The notes under the pieces are model-generated. The model made no database searches. It was not told where the DNA came from and saw only the letters and a list, made by a program, of their open reading frames with translations. 64,000 nt of DNA from a virus (taxonomy: Duplodnaviria; Heunggongvirae; Uroviricota; Caudoviricetes): the IMG/VR virus record IMGVR_UViG_3300032954_000003, positions 18,847 through 82,846 of that record. One strand, given 5' to 3'. How positions within the stretch are numbered: position 1 is the first letter of the stretch; each line of letters starts with the position of its first letter. Shown here piece by piece: positions 9,065 to 17,096 of the stretch. The position numbers and the translations under genes were made by a program.

Positions 9065-9369
9065 GTGGGTGCTGGCTTCCAGCTTACGATAGCACCTAGC
9101 CGTACGTACACAAAACCATCCAACACTGAAATACCCCAACCGTCGTCATATGCGATTACGCACCCTGGTTTGAGCTTATCCTCTAAACCGCCGTTCCAAG
9201 GATCGAATGCGTATGGCAACTCTCCTACTGCGAGAACAATAGCTGTACGGAGTGTTCGAGTACGTATTAGAGGTGACGGCTGTTGGTCGTCTGGTATCTC
9301 GGTCGGCAATGGAATTGCTACCAGAAAACCCGCCATTGGTTGCATTGGTGGCTCTGTATTTACATCCAT
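9055..9369 (-). CDS. hypothetical protein (104 aa); ATG begins 4 nt after the tRNA-Met 3' end
   Basis: Protein-like composition (GCVIAYDDGWGISVLDGFVYV). The last 3 codons overlap the 5' end of tRNA-Val(TAC). Confidence 0.35.
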   Translation of the reverse strand: MDVNTEPPMQPMAGFLVAIPLPTEIPDDQQPSPLIRTRTLRTAIVLAVGELPYAFDPWNGGLEDKLKPGCVIAYDDGWGISVLDGFVYVRLGAIVSWKPAPTDD

Positions 9370-9373
9370 GAGA

Positions 9374-9445
9374 TGGGCGGTCTTGGATTCGAACCAAGGT
9401 CCAACACGTTATGAGCATGCGGCTCTACCCCTGAGCTAACCGCCC
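9374..9445 (-). tRNA. tRNA-Met (anticodon CAT; elongator or Ile-lysidine type not distinguishable)
   Basis: Acceptor GGGCGGT pairs with ACCGCCC (G1-C72, so not an initiator). Anticodon loop CTCATAA. Confidence 0.7.
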
Positions 9446-9603
9446 CTATATATGTCACGCTGTCTAAAGTTAGCACTACATCCGTAGCGGTTACATCTTG
9501 CGTAAATGTAGCCGTGGCGCTCCAGAAAGCGCCAATTATGGCCTACAACGTAGCACCTGCTATGGCTCCACGCAAGTCTAATGTAATGAACTATTGCCAA
9601 GAG

Positions 9604-9675
9604 TGGGCGATGGTGGATTCGAACCACCGACCCCTACGTTGTCACCGTAGTGCTCTCCCGCTGAGCTAATCGCCC
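9604..9675 (-). tRNA. tRNA-Val (anticodon GAC)
   Basis: Cloverleaf GGGCGAT...ATCGCCC, anticodon loop GTGACAA. Confidence 0.65.
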
Positions 9676-9769
9676 GTGGTATTGCGCCACGCATTCGTTG
9701 CAATAGCACCTGCTACAAAGCTTAGCGTGAGCAGATGATCTACATCAATGCGGTTACTTGTTATGGTTT

Positions 9770-9952
9770 CTACCTCTTTATGGTTTCTACCTCTTGTGCC
9801 GCCTCAGCTAACATTGTACCGGCTATCTGGGCGCACTTGTGCACTTCACCACTAGGTAGCCCAGCTTCGGACAAGTCCCTATCAAGGGTACTCTCTGGAT
9901 GCTTGACTAGTCTTTCGAAGATCCGTCTAAAACACTGATGGTAACTGTCCAT
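9770..9952 (-). CDS. hypothetical small protein (60 aa); ATG begins 2 nt after the tRNA-Ile 3' end
   Basis: ORF MDSYHQCFRRIFERLVKH...; it contains a 17-bp tandem duplication. Confidence 0.3.
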   Translation of the reverse strand: MDSYHQCFRRIFERLVKHPESTLDRDLSEAGLPSGEVHKCAQIAGTMLAEAAQEVETIKR

Positions 9953-9955
9953 AAT

Positions 9956-10030
9956 GGGCGATGAAGGAATTGAACCTTCGACCTTTTCCTTATCAGAGAA
10001 ACGCTCTAACCAAACTGAGCTAATCGCCCA
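9956..10030 (-). tRNA. tRNA-Ile (anticodon GAT)
   Basis: Cloverleaf GGGCGAT...ATCGCCC, anticodon loop CTGATAA, T-loop TTCAATT. Confidence 0.75.
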
Positions 10031-10032
10031 AC

Positions 10033-10105
10033 GCGCCTGGGCGGATTCGAACCGCCGATCTCATGCTCCGGAGGCATGCGCTCTTTCCTCTAAGCTACAG
10101 GCGCA
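10033..10105 (-). tRNA. tRNA-Arg (anticodon CCG)
   Basis: Acceptor GCGCCTG pairs with CAGGCGC, anticodon loop CTCCGGA, discriminator G. Confidence 0.7.
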
Positions 10106-10181
10106 GGTGTGTTGGTCAGTCTAGAACCGTTTTGGGAGGTCTAGTCAAGTAGAGAAGTGCTGTCAAGGGTAGACGAGTCAA

Positions 10182-10254
10182 TGGGACGTCAGGGATTTGA
10201 ACCCCTGGTCGGCCGGTTAAGAGCCGGCTACTCTACCAATTGAGTTAACGTCCC
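10182..10254 (-). tRNA. tRNA-Lys (anticodon CTT)
   Basis: Acceptor GGGACGT pairs with ACGTCCC, anticodon loop CTCTTAA, T-loop TTCAAAT. Confidence 0.75.
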
Positions 10255-10415
10255 AAACGTGCAGGATAGCGTAAAACGTGAGGAAATGGGTAGTCGTCGG
10301 TTGTGGATTGAGCAGGACTGGACGCGAGACGGCTTGTCTGTTGAGTTGGTGCGGTAAGGACCGGCTCGAACTAGTCTATGTGCTACAATGTCAAGTACCG
10401 TCTAAGTTGGGAACA

Positions 10416-11148
10416 TTAGCTAATCGGTTCCCATTCTACAAGCTTGTATCGGCCGTAACCTTGCGACCTAGCAGCGCCGATACCCTGCTGACAGCCAGTT
10501 AGCCATATCATCGCCCACTCTTTCTGAGTGAGGTCTTGGTCGGTAATAACTGTGAAGTCGATGGTTACATCTCGGGCAACCTCCTCGTACTGGATGCCGT
10601 TGCCACGAAAAGTATGGATGAAGCGCTGTTCTACAGAATCAGGCTCTGTTACGCCAAGCGGCAAGATGTCCTCGACTATGAACACATGCTCGGCCATGAA
10701 GGACAGTATTCCCTTATTGGTCTCGCCCCAACCGCGCTTCTTAAGCTTCCCAGCCGCTACAGCAATGCTGGCAGCCTCCTTCAGAGCGGCTTTTAGCTGT
10801 CGTCCCTCGATGTACAGCTCACCATCGTGTGGACCTTCTTGCACACGCTTGAACCCGTTGAGATGTCGTAGCTTGTCTGCTATTTCGGCAGCCTCTTCAG
10901 CACCTATTTCGCGCTCATCCATGATCTGAGCTACTTGGTCACGGATTAAGTCACCTGAGTCTGCAAGCTTTGACTTGAGCCATCCTTCGGCGACACGCGG
11001 ATCGGATGGAACGCCACCTGCGATGGCATCTACTTGGATTTGACCTCGAAACTGGTGCGGAAACGCCTCACGCTCGTACTTTGCGAACGGGAACAGGTTC
11101 TTCTTCGTTGGCTTACCGTTGGCTTTAGCGGTTGCTGTTTTGGTTGGC
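10416..11148 (-). CDS. hypothetical protein
   Basis: The ATG (MPTKTATAKANGK) has an AAGGAAC RBS; the 270-aa track ORF is an upstream extension. No recognisable motif. Confidence 0.5.
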
Positions 11149-11155
11149 ATGTTCC

Positions 11156-11635
11156 TTACCTTAGAGCTTTCTTGATGGAATCTACCTGCGCACCTGTGAT
11201 GTTCTCGTTGATACCTACGCAGGTCCATACACCGAGTGCTGGTGGCGCATCGTCGGTTCTCTCAATGTCCGCCATCCAGCTCTCGGTTCGCTCGGCGTCA
11301 CTAACAGTTACTAAAAGGATCTCCTTTCGATCTGGATGGTTAGCGACATAACCAGGATCAGTTTCAGCTTCGTACGTATCAACTTCCTCGGGCTCTACCA
11401 CACGCATCCAAGACGAATAGACAGTCGCAACCTTTCGAGCTTTTAGCTCTAGGATCATTCGAACAATTGCCTGAGGGCGCAGTTCCTTTGGTAGGTCTAA
11501 CAAGACAATCGTTGTGTGGCTATCAGCGTCCTGTAAGAGAGCAATTGGCTCCCAGTCCTCCTCGGGTTCCGTAAAGGATTCTCCAACTTCGGTTGCACAA
11601 GCCTTTACATGGTCAACGAATGCACGGTAGTCCAT
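11156..11635 (-). CDS. hypothetical acidic protein
   Basis: 159-aa ORF immediately upstream of, and co-directional with, 10416..11148. Confidence 0.45.
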   Translation of the reverse strand: MDYRAFVDHVKACATEVGESFTEPEEDWEPIALLQDADSHTTIVLLDLPKELRPQAIVRMILELKARKVATVYSSWMRVVEPEEVDTYEAETDPGYVANHPDRKEILLVTVSDAERTESWMADIERTDDAPPALGVWTCVGINENITGAQVDSIKKALR

Positions 11636-11733
11636 TTAGGACGGGACGTTATCCGATTCAACTTGTCTAGGCAACCCAATAAAACGCGCAAATTGCGGGC
11701 GTGCTGCTAGCCAGCTAGAAGTTTGGAGGCTGT

Positions 11734-11991
11734 ATGCCTAATCGCGGTGTAGCACCTCAGCCACCGAATTACCGTTCCTCAGATAGCGATAAGAGACGTT
11801 GTGGCACTTGTCGCATGTATGACCGAGGACTTTGCTGGGGTTTTGGAAACAAGCACGTAGACGCCCACTACGTCTGCGATAACTGGGCCGCTGAAAAGCA
11901 GGAGGCCATTACATTGAGTGTGTCTCCTACGCTGGAGCTGCGTGATCTTTGTTGTTGCGCTGCCTGTATTGCACACCGGAACGTCCGCTAA
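11734..11991 (+). CDS. hypothetical Cys-rich small protein
   Basis: GGAGG RBS. Preceded by the conserved TTGCGG-CTAGCCAGCTAG motif. 85 aa with several Cys. Confidence 0.5.
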   Translation: MPNRGVAPQPPNYRSSDSDKRRCGTCRMYDRGLCWGFGNKHVDAHYVCDNWAAEKQEAITLSVSPTLELRDLCCCAACIAHRNVR

Positions 11992-12010
11992 TTGAGGTAG
12001 TCTTATCGCA

Positions 12011-12808
12011 GTGTCGCAGGTTGAGAGAACATGCAAGTGTGAGGGCTGCACCCGCAATTGTGTGGCAAAGGACTTGTGTAGTTTGCACTATCAGCGATTA
12101 TCTCGCTATGGAAGCACGGAATTGCCGCAACGGGTCATCATCTGTCGTATCGCTCAATGTGGACGTCCCGCAAAAGCGAAGGGTTTGTGTGCCGCACATT
12201 ATCAGCGACAAAGAGAAGGGCGAATAGTCGATTCGCCAGTTAAGGCCAAGAAGGAGAGACTCGCTACCTGCAAGGTTATTGGGTGTCAACGTAAAGCTGC
12301 TGCACGCGACTTATGCAAGGCTCATTACAGGCGGTGGACCAAAAGCGGTGACGTTGAAGCAAATAGACCGATTGCATTAAAGCAGAAGCAACCCTCTGTA
12401 TTTTGCAAGGTAGAAGGGTGTCAGCGAAAGAGTTCATCACACAATGGCTATTGCAAGATGCACGGTTATCGAATAAGACGCTATGGCAATCCTGGCTCTG
12501 TTTATCCGCTACACGCACAAAAGGGAACTGGCACTGTGCGCGATGGCTACAGGTTTATGAGCATTCAAAGCGAGAATGGTTCCCGTCTGCGCGTAGCTGA
12601 GCATCGTCTAGTTATGGAAGCATTTCTAAATAGACCACTGCGACCGTTTGAGACAGTTCATCATATCAACGGTATTCGGGATGACAACCGTATAGAGAAT
12701 CTCGAATTATGGACTCATGGTCATCCTCGTGGTCAACGACCAGAGGACTTGGTGGCGTGGGTTGTTGAGCAGTATCCCGAGTTAGTGCGAGCAGCGCTGA
12801 ATCCTTAG
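12011..12808 (+). CDS. HNH homing endonuclease with four N-terminal Cys/His zinc-binding repeats
   Basis: C-terminal AEHRLVME...VHHINGIRDDNRIENLELW is the HNH_3-type motif. Four repeats of CxGCxR....LCxxHYxR. GTG start with a GAGGT RBS. Confidence 0.75.
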   Translation: MSQVERTCKCEGCTRNCVAKDLCSLHYQRLSRYGSTELPQRVIICRIAQCGRPAKAKGLCAAHYQRQREGRIVDSPVKAKKERLATCKVIGCQRKAAARDLCKAHYRRWTKSGDVEANRPIALKQKQPSVFCKVEGCQRKSSSHNGYCKMHGYRIRRYGNPGSVYPLHAQKGTGTVRDGYRFMSIQSENGSRLRVAEHRLVMEAFLNRPLRPFETVHHINGIRDDNRIENLELWTHGHPRGQRPEDLVAWVVEQYPELVRAALNP

Positions 12809-12836
12809 CTCGCATTCGTGCGAGAGGAGGATTTGG

Positions 12837-13394
12837 ATGAGGCAGCCGTACGATCCGGCCTTTTACAACACTGCCGAATGGCGCACTTTCCGTAAGCACA
12901 AGTTGCTTAGCGTGGGCTTTCATTGTGAGCGGTGTGACGCAGACTTGCGTTCTGTACCAGCGGAGGTACACCATGTCATTTATGAGCGATTTGGCGGGGA
13001 AGAGCGTCTTGCTGATGTTGAAGCGCTTTGTAGCCGTTGTCACGATGAGGTTGAGCTAGTGAAGGCTGGTGACAAAGCGATTCGTGCCCAGCTAGAAATA
13101 GACAGCAAGATTCAACGTGCCACTGAATTAGACGTGCGAGCTGACGAATTACGGCATGAAATAAGAGAGAATCTTGACATCTTAGAACGCGAAGCTGAAA
13201 AGAAACAGCGCATTGGACTGGATGTGTTTATCAGGCATCTTCTAGAACAAGAAGTTGCAGGGCGCCAAGTTTTGGGGATGGGAGGCTTGCCAGCCCCTAG
13301 CCAAGAGTTACTTGAACAGATGCTTGAACGTACACATCGCGCACGAGAACTTTTAGTCGAGAAATACTCTCCTCCTGCTAGTGAAGCAGCCTAA
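12837..13394 (+). CDS. HNH endonuclease with C-terminal coiled coil
   Basis: HCERC...EVHHVIYERFGGEE...CSRCH pattern (H-N-H with two CxxC pairs). GGAGGA RBS. Confidence 0.7.
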   Translation: MRQPYDPAFYNTAEWRTFRKHKLLSVGFHCERCDADLRSVPAEVHHVIYERFGGEERLADVEALCSRCHDEVELVKAGDKAIRAQLEIDSKIQRATELDVRADELRHEIRENLDILEREAEKKQRIGLDVFIRHLLEQEVAGRQVLGMGGLPAPSQELLEQMLERTHRARELLVEKYSPPASEAA

Positions 13395-13408
13395 CCACGA
13401 GGTGGTAA

Positions 13409-14794
13409 ATGACAACAGCTATGACTATTGAGCGGGATGAGGTACTTTCCTACATAAGAGATATGCGTGCATTGCTCGATGAGGTAGATGAAGCGGAGAA
13501 GCAAATGCGTGATAAGTTGTCATCGGCAGATATGAATGATTTGCCGGATTCAGCATTTGCTTACATTGAGCCAGGCGGCAAAAAGGATGCAAGCGGTAAG
13601 ACCACCCCACGAAGTTTGCGGCACTTTCCAATCCATGATGTTGCACATGTGCGAAATGCGCTAGCTCGTGCTTCACAGTCACCGTTTGGTGAAAAGGCCA
13701 TGCCAAAGATTCGTGCTGCCGCTAAGAAGTTTGGCATAGAAGTTAGCGATAAAAATGGTGCCGAGGATGAGAAGAACGAGGAGCGCGAGCTGAACATGGA
13801 TGGCCATGGCGAACAGACAATGCAGTGCGACGAATGCCATGGTACTGGGAGCATCCAAAAGGAAGAAGAGTGCCCGAATTGCGGTGGTAGCGGCGCACTT
13901 GTGAGTGGGGAAATGGAAGTTGGTGGACCACCCGAGCGTTCTGCCGACGACAGTTTGGAGCTACGTATGCATCGCGCAGCTGAGATGGAGGGCATGTTTG
14001 AGCGTCGTGGTGTTGAAGGCTTCGAAATGCGTTCCACATCCGATGGTCATGTGCGCTTTACAGGTTACGCATCGACCACAGAGACACCATATGAGATTAG
14101 TGATTTTCGAGAGACAGTTGCGCGTGGTGCGTTCAAGCGTACGCTAGGTGAAGACCCGGATGTTCGTCTGCTTATCAACCATGGCATGGGTGGTCAGCTT
14201 CCTCTTGCGCGTACAAAGTCAGGGACACTAACACTCAGCGAAGATGCGCGCGGGTTGCGTGTAGATGCGGACCTTGATCCAAATGACCCAGACGTTCGTG
14301 CATTACTGCCGAAGATGCGGCGCGGCGACGTAGATGAAATGTCCTTTGCCTTCAGAGCTACTCAGCAAGAATGGAACGAAGATTACACAGAGCGTCTTAT
14401 CCGTGAGTGTTCAATCCATCGTGGCGATGTAAGCATTGTTACCACAGGCGCTAACCCAGACACTACTGGCGAGATTACAGCGAGCATCCGGTCAGATGAT
14501 GGTGCATTCGAGCTACGTGTTGGTAAACAGATCAGCGGTGCCAACGAGTCACGCCTGAAGAAGGTGCTCAATCGCCTGGCAAGTATCGACGAGGAAGCAG
14601 ACGCCGGCCAAGAGGAACTAGCCGACATCATCGGTGTACCAAATCCAGACAAAGACGGCAAAGACAACGACAATGGTGCCGTTTACGACGTCAAAGCTTT
14701 GGCAAGCGAGCCACATACTGTTCTACCAAGATCAGCACCTAGCTACCTTGAGATGGCTAAGGCACGACGGGCCAAACTGCTAGGGGCGTCATAA
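13409..14794 (+). CDS. prohead protease (HK97/U35-S78 family) with N-terminal extension and internal Zn-ribbon
   Basis: Protease core FTGYASTTETPYEISDFRETVARGAFKRTL...LLINHGMGGQLPLARTKSGTLTLSEDARGLRVDADL is the U35 signature. Internal CDECHGTG...CPNCGGSG. Confidence 0.75.
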   Translation: MTTAMTIERDEVLSYIRDMRALLDEVDEAEKQMRDKLSSADMNDLPDSAFAYIEPGGKKDASGKTTPRSLRHFPIHDVAHVRNALARASQSPFGEKAMPKIRAAAKKFGIEVSDKNGAEDEKNEERELNMDGHGEQTMQCDECHGTGSIQKEEECPNCGGSGALVSGEMEVGGPPERSADDSLELRMHRAAEMEGMFERRGVEGFEMRSTSDGHVRFTGYASTTETPYEISDFRETVARGAFKRTLGEDPDVRLLINHGMGGQLPLARTKSGTLTLSEDARGLRVDADLDPNDPDVRALLPKMRRGDVDEMSFAFRATQQEWNEDYTERLIRECSIHRGDVSIVTTGANPDTTGEITASIRSDDGAFELRVGKQISGANESRLKKVLNRLASIDEEADAGQEELADIIGVPNPDKDGKDNDNGAVYDVKALASEPHTVLPRSAPSYLEMAKARRAKLLGAS

Positions 14795-15975
14795 TGTCTG
14801 TGGAGCTAGAGACTGCCGACCACGTTTCAGATGTAATTGAACGCGCAGAGCATGATGCTCATACAGCAGTACGTGAACCGCTCGTATATACAGCAGGAGA
14901 CATCGAAGGATCATTCTACGCTGATCTATACCGGCGTGAACGCAAACAAGATACAGAAGCACGGGAACGTCTAGAACGTCATGAGAAGCAGATGTTGGAC
15001 ATTCCTTCTCGCCATGAGACGCGCACGTTCTACGGTGCTAGGTATGAGTTTCGTGCGCCGCTAAATAAGACGGCTGGACGTGGTGAAGAGTTCACGCCAC
15101 CACTGTGGCTAAATGAGCTGTTTGCTACCGCACGCCGTCCTGGACAAGTGCTTCAGCGACTAGCTCCGACCTTTGATCTGCCAAAGGGCGCAGGAAGTAT
15201 TCACCTGCCACGTATTACACAGGGTACTGTTGTCGAACCGACGATTGCAGCTACACCTGAGCCATCTCAGGATGTCGAAACAGCTGAAGTCGAATCACCC
15301 GTAGCAACCTTTTCAGGGATTTCGGACTGGGCTATACAAGCACTTGAGCAGTCACCGGCCGGCGCGCATCTGGACTGGGTTGTGTTCCGGGATATGACTG
15401 AGTCACTTGATGCTGAAATTGAGCGTGAGCTGCTTGTCGGTTCTGGCACTAACGAACACTTCTTTGGTCTGCTGGAACTTGCAGGTACGAATAGCATTGA
15501 ATACACAAGTGAAGAACCGACAGGAACTGCAATGTTTCCCTTTGTTGGTCGTGCGCTCGCACAGATTGGTGTAAAACGCCGCTTGCCACCCGAAATCATC
15601 ATGATGAATACGTCGCGGTTCTTCTGGCTATCAACGTCTGAGGATCTGGCAAACAGGCCGCTGCTCCTAGAAGACTACGAGGAGTCAACATTTCCGATTG
15701 CAGGGCTGTCTGGGGTCGGCGTATATCCAAACAACGCCATCCCCAATACGCTGACTAAAACTGAAAACCAAGATGCCATTATCTGTTGTCGTCCCTCGGA
15801 CTTCGTATTGTTTGCTTCAGAACCATATGTGACTGTAAAAGAGGATGTGCTCTCGGGAACACTGCAAGTGCGCTTTGAGCTGCATCGCTATGTAGCTGCC
15901 ATCCTGGGACGTTTCCCTAGCGGTATCAGCAAGGTTACGGGCACTGGGATGGTCGTCCAGGAAGGATTCAAGTAA
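14794..15975 (+). CDS. major capsid protein (HK97 fold), paralog 1
   Basis: Follows the prohead protease. Roughly 95-aa delta-like N-terminus. GRGEEFTPPLWL and C-terminal SGTLQVRFELHRYVAAILG are shared with the ORF at 17097. Confidence 0.7.
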   Translation: MSVELETADHVSDVIERAEHDAHTAVREPLVYTAGDIEGSFYADLYRRERKQDTEARERLERHEKQMLDIPSRHETRTFYGARYEFRAPLNKTAGRGEEFTPPLWLNELFATARRPGQVLQRLAPTFDLPKGAGSIHLPRITQGTVVEPTIAATPEPSQDVETAEVESPVATFSGISDWAIQALEQSPAGAHLDWVVFRDMTESLDAEIERELLVGSGTNEHFFGLLELAGTNSIEYTSEEPTGTAMFPFVGRALAQIGVKRRLPPEIIMMNTSRFFWLSTSEDLANRPLLLEDYEESTFPIAGLSGVGVYPNNAIPNTLTKTENQDAIICCRPSDFVLFASEPYVTVKEDVLSGTLQVRFELHRYVAAILGRFPSGISKVTGTGMVVQEGFK

Positions 15976-16271
15976 TGGCTGTAATCGGCGACAAAGTCAA
16001 TAAAACTCAGACCGCCGGTAAAGTCAAAGTCAAAGAAACTTCGACAGAAGTGCTGAAAGCGAACGAAAACCGTAGTGGATCGCAGTATGTCAACGCTTCA
16101 GCATTTCCCGTTTACCTTCAACTTGGTAAAGCCGCTGTTGCCGAAGAAGGGATCTTCTTAGTCAAGGAAGGTGGATCGTGGAATGGAATGATCGGTCCAC
16201 TAGTCTGGACTGGCAAAGTATTTGGTATTGCAGTCGGAGGAGAAGCACCCCTCACAGTCATTGAGGTTTAG
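15975..16271 (+). CDS. hypothetical small head-module protein
   Basis: AGGAAGGA RBS; 98 aa, Gly/Val-rich. Confidence 0.5.
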   Translation: MAVIGDKVNKTQTAGKVKVKETSTEVLKANENRSGSQYVNASAFPVYLQLGKAAVAEEGIFLVKEGGSWNGMIGPLVWTGKVFGIAVGGEAPLTVIEV

Positions 16272-17012
16272 ATGAGCACCTACGCAGAAACGGTGCTTGC
16301 CACTTCAGGGCTTGTGGCATTTTGGCGCCTGAATGAGAGTTCAGGTGAAGCTAAAGACAGCAAGGGTACACATAACGGTACATACGCCGGAGGTGTTACG
16401 CTTAGTCAAGCAGGTCCCATTCCTAGCGACCCAACTAGCAAATCTGTAGCATTCAACGGCACGAATGCGCGAGTAACTGTTCCCGCTTCCGCCGAATTGC
16501 AACCTGCTGAAGTAACAGTTGAGGCATGGATATTCCCGACATCTTTAGTCGGCCACTCTGGTGTCGTTACCTCGAACAAATTCTCCACCAAGGTTGGTTA
16601 CGAGCTAGGCTTTGGTGTCAGTGAAGCAGGCGAAAACAAAACGCTTGAGTTTGGAAGCTATAACGGGACTTGGCACGTAGCCTTCGACACTACAGTAGAA
16701 CTCGCACCACAGTGGTACTACGTTGTAGGTGTTTATAACGGTTCCAACGTTATCTTCTACCGCAATGGGATTGAACTTCGGAAAACAGCCTTTGCTGGAC
16801 CGCTTGAATATAACGCCGCAGAAGAATTCTTGATTGCAGTAGACCATACTAAGTCGCATTTTTTCGCTGGCCGGCTTTCAGAAGTAGCAATCTATAACAC
16901 TGCGCTTTCGTCAGCAACGATTAGCCAACATTGGCTTGCAGCGCAGTCTGGATTGACCCAAAGTCTGGAAGTCGGTGGCTGGTTGCCAGCAGGTCGCGTA
17001 CCTACTTTTTGA
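16272..17012 (+). CDS. LamG-like (concanavalin A-like lectin/glucanase jelly-roll) domain protein
   Basis: Pattern AFWRLNESSG...AFNGTNARVTVP...VEAWIFP...YNGS..FYRNG...FFAGRLSEVAIYNTALS is typical of Laminin_G_3. Confidence 0.6.
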   Translation: MSTYAETVLATSGLVAFWRLNESSGEAKDSKGTHNGTYAGGVTLSQAGPIPSDPTSKSVAFNGTNARVTVPASAELQPAEVTVEAWIFPTSLVGHSGVVTSNKFSTKVGYELGFGVSEAGENKTLEFGSYNGTWHVAFDTTVELAPQWYYVVGVYNGSNVIFYRNGIELRKTAFAGPLEYNAAEEFLIAVDHTKSHFFAGRLSEVAIYNTALSSATISQHWLAAQSGLTQSLEVGGWLPAGRVPTF

Positions 17013-17096
17013 AGTAAACACTTACCCGCGTTTCTGTCCCTCTAAGACGGACACACTCGGGGATATAACCAAACGATGTCCCCGAAAGGAGGGGCC

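Noticed and set aside
9436-9627. 63-aa minus ORF between tRNA-Met and tRNA-Val(GAC)
   Set aside because: It overlaps both flanking tRNA genes and has His/Arg/Tyr-rich, non-protein-like composition.
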